Below are positions 1 through 7,677 of a stretch of DNA of 64,000 bases, in pieces. The DNA lies in IMG/VR virus record IMGVR_UViG_3300020473_000016. One strand, given 5' to 3'. Within the stretch, counting starts at the first letter, position 1; the number at the start of each line of letters is the position of its first letter. The position numbers and the translations under genes were made by a program. Origin of the DNA: a virus. A model generated the notes under the pieces. That model had not been told where the DNA came from. It saw only the letters and a program-made list of their open reading frames with translations, and searched no databases.

Positions 1-2649
1 ATCATCTGCAATCTTTATCTTATCTCCATCAGTGTATCCATGATTAGGAATAGTTAGTGTTAATAAACCATTACCAGGAGTGTATGATGCATTAGTTGCT
101 GTAGTTGTAGCAGATCCAGTAAATCCATGACTAGCAATAGTTAATACTAAATCTCCAGTCTCAGCATTGTAAGTAGCACCTGTTGGTGTATAAGAAACAG
201 ATGGGTTTGCTGGATCAACAGTAATAGTATTGTCAGATACTGTTAATAGATTAGCAATTGCTTGCTTACAATAATCTTTTGCTCTATTGAAAGCATATAC
301 AGATTCTTCTTCCTCACCTAACAATCCATTTGATAGAGGAGTTCCATCTGGGTTGAAATATGTCTTGGTTGTAGCAATAATATTAGCGTTACCACCATCT
401 CTTAAATCTTCTGAGATAGAATCAATAACATATCCAATGTCTCTCTTACACTTAGCTTCAGAAGAGGCATGTGAAGGAGCATACTCAAGAGTCTTAGACC
501 ATGCACCATCTATAATTTCTTGTCTGTTTGCCTGTATTAAATTACGTGCATCTGCATATCTATTTGCAGCAGGATCTAGTCCTGGATTGACATAAGATAC
601 GTTTCTAAGAGCAGGATATTTCTCTAGGATATAACCAAATACTTCCTCCTGCATCATGCGACGGTTGCTTTCAATTAAGTTAGCAGCGTCAGCAAATGCG
701 TTATTAACTGATAATCCAGAAGGATTAAGTATAGAACCCTTAGCGATGTACTTAACAAATCCTGTTGGTTCTAATCTTGCATTGAATAGACCACCATGAC
801 CTTGATAAGATGGTTCCATCTTAACAAATAGTTTCTCATCAGACTTAGCACCAAGTCTATATCCTGTAATTGTTGCAGCAGGACGATTATTTGGATCACC
901 TAAGTCATCACTACCTAAGAATAACTTAGTATAGTTGTTTGTATCCTGTATAGTACCAGCAATATCAACGGTATAATACTGAACCTTCTCTGTGTTAGCA
1001 GCATTATCTGTAATCTTTTGTGGTGGGATAATATCTGTAATGTATCCACCCTTATCTTGGTTAAAGGAGAATCCTTTAAATCCTTTAGCATGTAATGATG
1101 TATTACCGAAGTTACTGTTAGAGTTGGTGATACTCATGTCACCACCAGACTCCATCAAGAAGTGATCGGCATAACCAACAGCGAAGATACTAACACACTG
1201 GATGAATGAATCTTCAGATGCTCTAACGTGGAAGTTTCTCCACTCATCTTTCCAATAAGAATCACCCTTAGTATGATAAGGTACTGTTGCAAATGCATCT
1301 GTTAATGATGCTTGGTTCCAAGTATTTGAGTACTCATCATATCTAATGAATGCTCTATCGTCTTGTTGTAGTGATACACCTGTATACTGAGCAATAACAA
1401 CTGACTTAAATCCAGTTGCTTTTAGACCATTAGCCCAGATACCACAAATACCCCATGTTGAACGGATGGAGCAGTTAAAGACGTATGGAGATGCAGATTC
1501 AACAGAGTCAACCTCTGCTAATGTCTGTGCATTCTGACCTAATGCAGGAGTTGAGTTTATATCAACAGTTTTGCCAGAGTTAATATTAGTACCAATGGCA
1601 GCAGTTACAGAAGGTACTTCGTAAATGAATTTACGAGGATCATTCTGATCAATTTCTTTGATTGGGAATATACCTTCAAGTATATCATCAATCTCTGTAC
1701 TTGATATAGCAACAAATTGACCTTGGAAGTACCCATGATCAACTTTAGTAGTTACTTCAACCTCTGTAGTAGATGCAGGGATAGAGGGATCAGTAGTATT
1801 ATCAGTGAACTTTAAAGACTCAATTATACGAGAGTCAGATAAAGGACCAACGATTCTGTTTTCTTGAACTCTAGGAGCAAACTCACCAGGATCATCAATA
1901 GTAGGTTGATATGAAGAAAATGCCTTAGCAACCTTTCTATAATATAAACCTAATTCTTCTGAATCAGCATATTCAAATACTGTTAGTTTATGGTGAGAAT
2001 AATTAGGAGCAGCTTTCTTAGTGAAATCATTAGGGTCATAATAAACTTCACCAGTACCAGCAGAGGCATTGTAAAGAGGAGATTCAGAACTTGTTTGACC
2101 ATCCTTAATAGTAAATTGCCAGAAATAGCAACCACCAGTAACATTGAAAATAGCAGAACGAGGGATATCTCTTTCAGTTACAGCAGGATCGGGAACATAT
2201 AGAGGACGTAGAGTAGTTCTACGAAGATCATAACCAACAAGTGAGGAACCACGAGGGATTATAGCACCACCCTCAGTGTTGTTAAACTTATAGAATATAT
2301 TATCAGGGTTGGATACATCTAGAATTGAATTATCTGTCCAAGCAGCATTTGCTTGATCAAATCCAAATACATCAATACCACTAGTGTCTACTAGACCTGG
2401 TCTATTGTCAATATAATGGATACCAGGCATCAACATGATAGTGAACTGATCGAACCTATCATTATCGAATCCTGGAAGGTATGAATACCTTGCAATCTCT
2501 ATAAAAGCACGCTGAATGCTCTTAAATGGTGTTACAGGTGAATTACCTCTATTAGATAAAGCATCTGTTGCGTTGAAATCATCGGGTGAAACATACAAAT
2601 ACTTACCAGTCTTACTACTGATAAGATTATCCAGTCTTGTTAATGGCAT
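1..2649 (-). CDS. Large virion structural protein, N-terminal part (continues off the left edge)
   Basis: Not in the ORF track because its stop is outside the window. ATG at 2649 gives MPLTRLDNLISSKTGKYLYVSPDDFNATDALSNRGNSPVTPFKSIQRA..., which I recognise as the N-terminus of conserved giant cyanomyovirus structural proteins. Late promoter TATAAATA lies just upstream. Confidence 0.8.
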   Translation of the reverse strand, partial: MPLTRLDNLISSKTGKYLYVSPDDFNATDALSNRGNSPVTPFKSIQRAFIEIARYSYLPGFDNDRFDQFTIMLMPGIHYIDNRPGLVDTSGIDVFGFDQANAAWTDNSILDVSNPDNIFYKFNNTEGGAIIPRGSSLVGYDLRRTTLRPLYVPDPAVTERDIPRSAIFNVTGGCYFWQFTIKDGQTSSESPLYNASAGTGEVYYDPNDFTKKAAPNYSHHKLTVFEYADSEELGLYYRKVAKAFSSYQPTIDDPGEFAPRVQENRIVGPLSDSRIIESLKFTDNTTDPSIPASTTEVEVTTKVDHGYFQGQFVAISSTEIDDILEGIFPIKEIDQNDPRKFIYEVPSVTAAIGTNINSGKTVDINSTPALGQNAQTLAEVDSVESASPYVFNCSIRSTWGICGIWANGLKATGFKSVVIAQYTGVSLQQDDRAFIRYDEYSNTWNQASLTDAFATVPYHTKGDSYWKDEWRNFHVRASEDSFIQCVSIFAVGYADHFLMESGGDMSITNSNSNFGNTSLHAKGFKGFSFNQDKGGYITDIIPPQKITDNAANTEKVQYYTVDIAGTIQDTNNYTKLFLGSDDLGDPNNRPAATITGYRLGAKSDEKLFVKMEPSYQGHGGLFNARLEPTGFVKYIAKGSILNPSGLSVNNAFADAANLIESNRRMMQEEVFGYILEKYPALRNVSYVNPGLDPAANRYADARNLIQANRQEIIDGAWSKTLEYAPSHASSEAKCKRDIGYVIDSISEDLRDGGNANIIATTKTYFNPDGTPLSNGLLGEEEESVYAFNRAKDYCKQAIANLLTVSDNTITVDPANPSVSYTPTGATYNAETGDLVLTIASHGFTGSATTTATNASYTPGNGLLTLTIPNHGYTDGDKIKIADD

Positions 2650-2687
2650 GATTTTACTCTGACCCTGCTATAAAAATATCCTCGTAT

Positions 2688-2695
2688 TATTTATA
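2688..2695 (-). promoter_or_regulatory. T4-type late promoter TATAAATA
   Basis: Exact T4 late consensus about 40 nt upstream of the structural gene start at 2649. Confidence 0.7.
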
Positions 2696-3761
2696 CCTCT
2701 TGCGTCTGAGTCCAGTTATCAAAACTTCCAGGATACCATAGAGCATATATCTCTTGCCGTCTAATATTTTCGGCATAACTTGACCTTTTTACTTGGTCTA
2801 ATATTGCAGCAAATTCCGCGTAAGGTTTGAAAGGTAAAGATTTAGCATATCTCCAAAAAGGAGTATCATACTTGGAACCACCTAGATAATGCCACAAAAT
2901 AAAAGTTTCAATCTTCCGCATTTGAGCATGAACCATATTATTGATTGATTGTCTCGTACCAAACTTATTAATTAAGTGGAGTGCAGTGCTTTCCGCAACA
3001 AATTTATAAAAATGTCCAGATGTAGCCTCTAATGGTTCTAAAAATGACAGCATATTACCATTGAGAATGGTACGTTCTCCTCTCCATATATTCTTTGCAA
3101 TATAATTATCAAACTTCAAATACCCATCAGGTTTTGCATTAAAAAATTTGCCGAAATTTTTTTCAGCAATTGATCGTGGCGTTATTTCACTACGGTGTAA
3201 GTAACCATAAGAAGTACTATCATGATTAGGAATAACAAACGTCCATCCATCAGGAGTAGCAATTGCTTCAGTATGTTCTAACTTAGGATCATAAGGTCCA
3301 GTTGCCAAAGAAACAGCATTAACTGGATTAGTTAATTTATGATATTCATCAAGATTACTTGGTCTACCTCTACAATCAAAGATATAATCAGCATCTATCT
3401 CTTGTTCTGGATCACTGATATTTTTCTCTATAGACTTGTATTGTTTCAAACATTGTTCCTTTAATAAGTTAGGAACATAATGAGCAGAGACTGAATGGAA
3501 ATAAAAATCGTGATATACATCTTTCTTACCCCAATTTTTATAATTTATTCCCCATTTCTTTGTTGCTTTAATATCATTATGACTCCAATTCTGATTAAGA
3601 GCACCACACATCAATGACACAACATCACATGTAGTGCCTTGACCTACCCTTTCAATAGGAACGTTAGGATCATGGTATATTTCTACCTCTTGTCCTAACA
3701 AATCATATTGCATTGCAGTAATACATCCACCTAATCCAGCACCAATTACTGCTATTTTCAT
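2691..3761 (-). CDS. Flavin-dependent (tryptophan halogenase-like) enzyme
   Basis: N-terminal GAGLGG FAD motif, GWTFVIP (WxWxIP variant) and FLEPLEATSG motif. Confidence 0.8.
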   Translation of the reverse strand: MKIAVIGAGLGGCITAMQYDLLGQEVEIYHDPNVPIERVGQGTTCDVVSLMCGALNQNWSHNDIKATKKWGINYKNWGKKDVYHDFYFHSVSAHYVPNLLKEQCLKQYKSIEKNISDPEQEIDADYIFDCRGRPSNLDEYHKLTNPVNAVSLATGPYDPKLEHTEAIATPDGWTFVIPNHDSTSYGYLHRSEITPRSIAEKNFGKFFNAKPDGYLKFDNYIAKNIWRGERTILNGNMLSFLEPLEATSGHFYKFVAESTALHLINKFGTRQSINNMVHAQMRKIETFILWHYLGGSKYDTPFWRYAKSLPFKPYAEFAAILDQVKRSSYAENIRRQEIYALWYPGSFDNWTQTQEV

Positions 3762-4258
3762 TTCAATCCCCAGATTTGTATTGTTACTCTAATAGCAAAT
3801 CCATCTGGTGCAACAGAAGTTACTAAATGCTTCTCTTTACTTGTATTCAGTACCATAGTATTCTTCGTTGGTAATATTGTATTCCATTCACGAGTATCTT
3901 TGTCTTCCCAAATAAACCATCCACCAGAATTAGGATGCCATGTTTCATTCAAATATATGGTAGCACCAAAACGACGACCACTATCATCATGCATAGCAAT
4001 TCCAGAATGAGGTTGCCAAACATAATACTGTGTAACTATCTCACATTCAGGTACATGAGGTGATATTTCTTTCACAATGTCATTATGAATATCTTCAGAT
4101 GTCATTGCTGCTATAGTGCTACCAGATATACCTTGTCTCAAACCAGGTTCCCAGATGATTACACTAGATGCCCATTCATTTTCTGATAATTTTTTATTAA
4201 CTTCTTTTTTACAACGTGAAAAAAGATCTTCACTTAAAGCATTCTTTATTATTTTCAT
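3758..4258 (-). CDS. 2OG-Fe(II) oxygenase (prolyl-hydroxylase-like)
   Basis: HDD facial motif, ATIYLNETW..GG, distal His (HLVTSV) and Arg (RVTIQ). ATGA overlap with the halogenase. Confidence 0.8.
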   Translation of the reverse strand: MKIIKNALSEDLFSRCKKEVNKKLSENEWASSVIIWEPGLRQGISGSTIAAMTSEDIHNDIVKEISPHVPECEIVTQYYVWQPHSGIAMHDDSGRRFGATIYLNETWHPNSGGWFIWEDKDTREWNTILPTKNTMVLNTSKEKHLVTSVAPDGFAIRVTIQIWGLK

Positions 4259-4273
4259 ATGTGCTATAGAGGC

Positions 4274-4801
4274 TCATGGTCTCTTAAAACTAAGATGACC
4301 GTAGTTAGATCCCCATATCTTCTGATGAGTTATAGGATCTAAACCCTCATCCATAACATCTAAACCTTCATGGTTTAATATGATACTATTTCTGAGGTAT
4401 GTATTTTTCCCATTCCAATCAATAAAACATTGACAGTCTGGATCAGTACCACCTTCATATCGTTGGTCTCCTGTCTTTTTAAATATTAAATCACATCCTT
4501 CCCTGTATGTCAATAGATCGTCTGTCAGTAATTCAAGATTAACTCCTTGAAGGAATCTCTGTTCATCCTGCTTACGAATTTCATAGTTCTTGGTACGTAT
4601 CTCATCACCATTCTCATTAATGTCAATGACATACTGTAAGTATGGTCTATTTCTTAGATAATTATATGCTTGTTCTCCATAGAAACGATTACCACCCATA
4701 CTTTTATAGGTAATCCAAATATGAGCATACCTTGTAGGATGACTCTGTGCTTGTTTTTTATTGGAGAATTGTCCCTCTAATAATGTAAGAAATTCACTCA
4801 T
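4274..4801 (-). CDS. cpeT: CpeT/CpcT-type phycobiliprotein lyase
   Basis: GQFSNKKQAQSHP..YAHI, YGEQAY..RPY, REGCD and IWGS motifs of T-type lyases. Confidence 0.85.
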   Translation of the reverse strand: MSEFLTLLEGQFSNKKQAQSHPTRYAHIWITYKSMGGNRFYGEQAYNYLRNRPYLQYVIDINENGDEIRTKNYEIRKQDEQRFLQGVNLELLTDDLLTYREGCDLIFKKTGDQRYEGGTDPDCQCFIDWNGKNTYLRNSIILNHEGLDVMDEGLDPITHQKIWGSNYGHLSFKRP

Positions 4802-5064
4802 GTCGGTAATACTTCAGGATTGTATAAATCTAATTCAAAAAATACTGGATGACATTCTTCTAATTGTAGATAGTCACCTGCTGCAAGGATGTCTTGTAAC
4901 GTGTACTCTGGATTAACTGCACATTCTGTTAGAACCCATTTCTCTTGCTTTTCTTCTCTCTCAAGTGTATCAAATGCAAAGGGCATGTTCTCAATATAAT
5001 ACAGTAATACTGGTTCTTTGTCAAGAAAAACATACTGTCGTGTAATTCTATATGGTCTTGCCAT
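4798..5064 (-). CDS. Hypothetical cyanophage protein
   Basis: 88-aa ORF coupled by ATGA overlap to cpeT. Confidence 0.7.
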   Translation of the reverse strand: MARPYRITRQYVFLDKEPVLLYYIENMPFAFDTLEREEKQEKWVLTECAVNPEYTLQDILAAGDYLQLEECHPVFFELDLYNPEVLPT

Positions 5065-5091
5065 GACCTTCTCTCAACTAATACTATTTAA

Positions 5092-5670
5092 CTACCTACC
5101 TATGTTGAATGATATAGAAATTCTATTTTCTACAGATTCATTTAAGTCTACCTTATGATAGATTGAAGATGGAAAGATTACAATCATACCTTCTTTTGGT
5201 GTCATATAATATGCTGGATGCACTGGTAAAATCTTTTGAAATTCATCTGAATAAGAATTCATTTCATCCCACATAGTAAATGCGTTAGGATTATCAAATA
5301 CTAATAGTCCAGAATCTTTTGGTGCATTAATCCAAAACACCCCAGAAAATACAGATCCAGGATGATTATGTTTATGATTAAATGCTCCTGGTCTGTTTAT
5401 ATTAATCCAAAGATCTTCTATATGAAAATCTTCATGTTTTAAAGTTCTAAAAAAGAAGTCATGACGTAGAGTTCTTTCAACCACATCCAATAAAGGATTA
5501 TCTTCTGCTGTATAATCAACTGAAGATTGCCAACCTCCTCTATTAGATATGGTTCTACCTTCTGGGTCAAAATCATATTCTGCGTATATGTAATCTAATA
5601 AACCTTCTTTATCAAAATCTTTTACTGTATAGGCATGTAAAGTAGAAGGAAATAGTGGTATAATTTTCAT
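5092..5670 (-). CDS. 2OG-Fe(II) oxygenase (TIGR02466-like)
   Basis: LFP start, WININ..GAFNHKHNHP, SGVFW, FPS.IYHKV, RISISFN. Confidence 0.85.
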   Translation of the reverse strand: MKIIPLFPSTLHAYTVKDFDKEGLLDYIYAEYDFDPEGRTISNRGGWQSSVDYTAEDNPLLDVVERTLRHDFFFRTLKHEDFHIEDLWININRPGAFNHKHNHPGSVFSGVFWINAPKDSGLLVFDNPNAFTMWDEMNSYSDEFQKILPVHPAYYMTPKEGMIVIFPSSIYHKVDLNESVENRISISFNIGR

Positions 5671-5786
5671 CTCATCAGTTTCATCTTCAACATCTTGACA
5701 CGTTTCTTCGCAGCACGTAACGCCTGTGGTTTCAGGGTACGCTTTGCTTCTTTTTTACTGTGATGTTGCCAATTTGGATACTTCAT
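5667..5786 (-). CDS. Small basic protein, 39 aa (MKYPNWQHHSKKEAKRTLKPQALRAAKKRVKMLKMKLMR)
   Basis: Translated by hand. Its TGA overlaps the ATG of the next gene (ATGA). Resembles a recurrent cyanophage small ORF (WQHHSKK..LKPQALR). Confidence 0.7.
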   Translation of the reverse strand: MKYPNWQHHSKKEAKRTLKPQALRAAKKRVKMLKMKLMR

Positions 5787-5955
5787 TGTCCTTTGGAGGA
5801 TTTGGTGCTTTCAGTTCAGGTTGTTTTGACTGTGCAGCAATGAATGCTCTTAGTTCAGGACCCTCGTCCCACTCCCAAACCTGATTGTGTTGAGGATTCT
5901 TCTTCACAATAGTATGGGATTTTCTTTCTATTCTGTTTGGGTTCAATTTCACCAT
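5755..5955 (-). CDS. Hypothetical protein
   Basis: 66-aa ORF downstream of a terminator, codirectional with its neighbours. Confidence 0.55.
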   Translation of the reverse strand: MVKLNPNRIERKSHTIVKKNPQHNQVWEWDEGPELRAFIAAQSKQPELKAPNPPKDNEVSKLATSQ

Positions 5956-5988
5956 TATATCTCATCACTACAGTATGTATGTTAGCAT

Positions 5989-6015
5989 AAAAAAAGACCC
6001 CTGTAAAGGGGTCTT
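5989..6015 (-). terminator. Rho-independent terminator
   Basis: AAGACCCC-TTTACA-GGGGTCTT hairpin followed by a T-run on the minus strand, just after the 6039..6425 gene. Confidence 0.8.
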
Positions 6016-6038
6016 GATCCATCTCGAACTAGAGATAT

Positions 6039-6425
6039 TTAGAAGGTGAACTTAACACCTGCTTTAGCACCCCAGTTAACGATATCTTCGTTAGAAGAAT
6101 CTTCACCAGTGATACCAGATAGTTCACCGTATACACCGAATGCTTCTGTAGCAGCGATGTTGATTCCTGCCTTACCAGAGAACTCACCCTCAGAACCGTC
6201 AGTTCCGTCTACAGCAACGAAAGAAGGACCGCCTTGTACGTATCCAGAAACTTTCTCACTAAGAGGACCCTCGAAACCGATGTGAAGATCTGTAGTTGCA
6301 CCAGAATAGTCTCCATCAGGATATGAGAGGTTGCTCTCAACGTTCACGTATGGACCAGCAAAAGCTGCACCAGCGAGAAGGAATGGAGATGCTGCTACCG
6401 CAGCGATTGTTGATTTGATTGACAT
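6039..6425 (-). CDS. Secreted small beta-barrel/porin-like outer-membrane protein
   Basis: Sec signal peptide (AAFA|GPY), alternating amphipathic strands, and C-terminal GVKFTF ending in Phe (outer-membrane-protein signature). Confidence 0.65.
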   Translation of the reverse strand: MSIKSTIAAVAASPFLLAGAAFAGPYVNVESNLSYPDGDYSGATTDLHIGFEGPLSEKVSGYVQGGPSFVAVDGTDGSEGEFSGKAGINIAATEAFGVYGELSGITGEDSSNEDIVNWGAKAGVKFTF

Positions 6426-6438
6426 GATTGTTTTTTAA

Positions 6439-6535
6439 GTGTCTCGCAAGAATAAAAAAATCCTGCGGATGATACTACTCCCGACATGGAATAGTTTACA
6501 TTTACGCAGGGTTACGATAGTTTCGAGTCCTTTGT
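6439..6535 (-). ncRNA. Candidate cis-regulatory structured 5' leader
   Basis: Nested stems TCGTAA/TTGCGA, CCTGCG/CGCAGG and ACTATTCC/GGAGTAGT. Loop TGTC can pair with downstream GACA. Lies between the promoters and the start codon. Confidence 0.55.
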
Positions 6536-6540
6536 TTAAG

Positions 6541-6595
6541 TATTTATACATAATACTATCTTATGCCTGTGGAGTCAACCCCCCTTGTGACAGTT
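6541..6595 (-). promoter_or_regulatory. Tandem sigma70-like early promoter and T4 late promoter
   Basis: TTGACT(6578-6573)-N17-TATTAT, followed by TATAAATA (6548-6541). AACTGTCAC motif 8 nt upstream of the -35 box. Confidence 0.65.
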
Positions 6596-6609
6596 ATGCA
6601 ACTGGCACA

Positions 6610-7677
6610 CTAGTTCAAGTAGATCTGAGCAGAATCTATTGCAACCTCTGTAGTACCTTTGATTTTAACCCTAGCTGGTGTCTCAATATTAATATCATTC
6701 GTAGAATCTATATTAAGACCACCCTTAGCATCTATATCAGATGTACCTGCACCTTTCAATTTAAACGAACCACCAGTAGTTTCCAATCTCATTGTAGCAA
6801 GTGCCTCAATTTCTGCATTCAACTTAGCATTAACAAAGAAACTACCACTAGGATCTATTCGTACATTACCAACACCAGTTGTAACCTTAAATGTATCTGT
6901 TCTATCAAAAACTAAAGGTATCATCTTCAATCCACCAGCAGCCTTATAAGACATAACACCAGCAGACCATAGCTCATAATCACCCAAGACCTTACGGTTT
7001 ATATGACCCATTGATATTATGTTACTAGTACCTCTAGGATCATACTGTACGTCTGTTATTTCACCAAAGTTTCTTAATTTGGCTTGTCCTGTAACAAAAT
7101 CATTCTTCGTATCTGTTACTGTTTGAACAATTCCACCAAACATATTAATTGCACCAGCACCATTATTAGCATTAATATTAACTTGCATACCCTTAAGGGT
7201 TAACATATTACCTGCAATAATAGTAATATCATGACCTCTAACAACTACACCATCACCTGATGCATCAACTACCATATTACCATTAACATGCATGTTTAAT
7301 GCCTGTTTGTCTTTATTATCACCTCCCATGTTCAATTCCATGTTCAGTCTTTCTTGAAACTTCCAGATACCTCCACCACCAGCATTAATATTAAGTGCTC
7401 CACTACCAGCACCCAAAGCAGGGTTTCTTGGACCAGTTCGTATGTTTATCCTACTACGACTGTCCATGATAATAAAGTTATCACCTGGCCCATCCACTGT
7501 AAGTTTCTGTACTCCTGAATCTCCAGGATACTTGGTTTCTAATATAGTGGATCTGGTCATATGACCTTTATAAATCACACTAAATCTAGGAGTATCAGTC
7601 AGACTCTGAGTTTCGTCCTCAGTCGTCTGCTGAAAAATTTCAGTTGGATTTTCTTCTGCTGCTGTAACTTGTGACAT
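6610..7677 (-). CDS. gp5 C-terminal-like beta-helix needle protein (second half of a split gp5)
   Basis: Likely start MSQVTAAEE at 7677 (TAATG overlap). Short beta-repeat C-terminus ending AIDSAQIYLN. Directly follows the gp5 OB-fold gene. Confidence 0.6.
   Translation of the reverse strand: MSQVTAAEENPTEIFQQTTEDETQSLTDTPRFSVIYKGHMTRSTILETKYPGDSGVQKLTVDGPGDNFIIMDSRSRINIRTGPRNPALGAGSGALNINAGGGGIWKFQERLNMELNMGGDNKDKQALNMHVNGNMVVDASGDGVVVRGHDITIIAGNMLTLKGMQVNINANNGAGAINMFGGIVQTVTDTKNDFVTGQAKLRNFGEITDVQYDPRGTSNIISMGHINRKVLGDYELWSAGVMSYKAAGGLKMIPLVFDRTDTFKVTTGVGNVRIDPSGSFFVNAKLNAEIEALATMRLETTGGSFKLKGAGTSDIDAKGGLNIDSTNDINIETPARVKIKGTTEVAIDSAQIYLN

Noticed and set aside
287-2202. Plus-strand ORFs 287..595 and 1990..2202
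   Set aside because: Antisense shadows of the long minus-strand structural gene.
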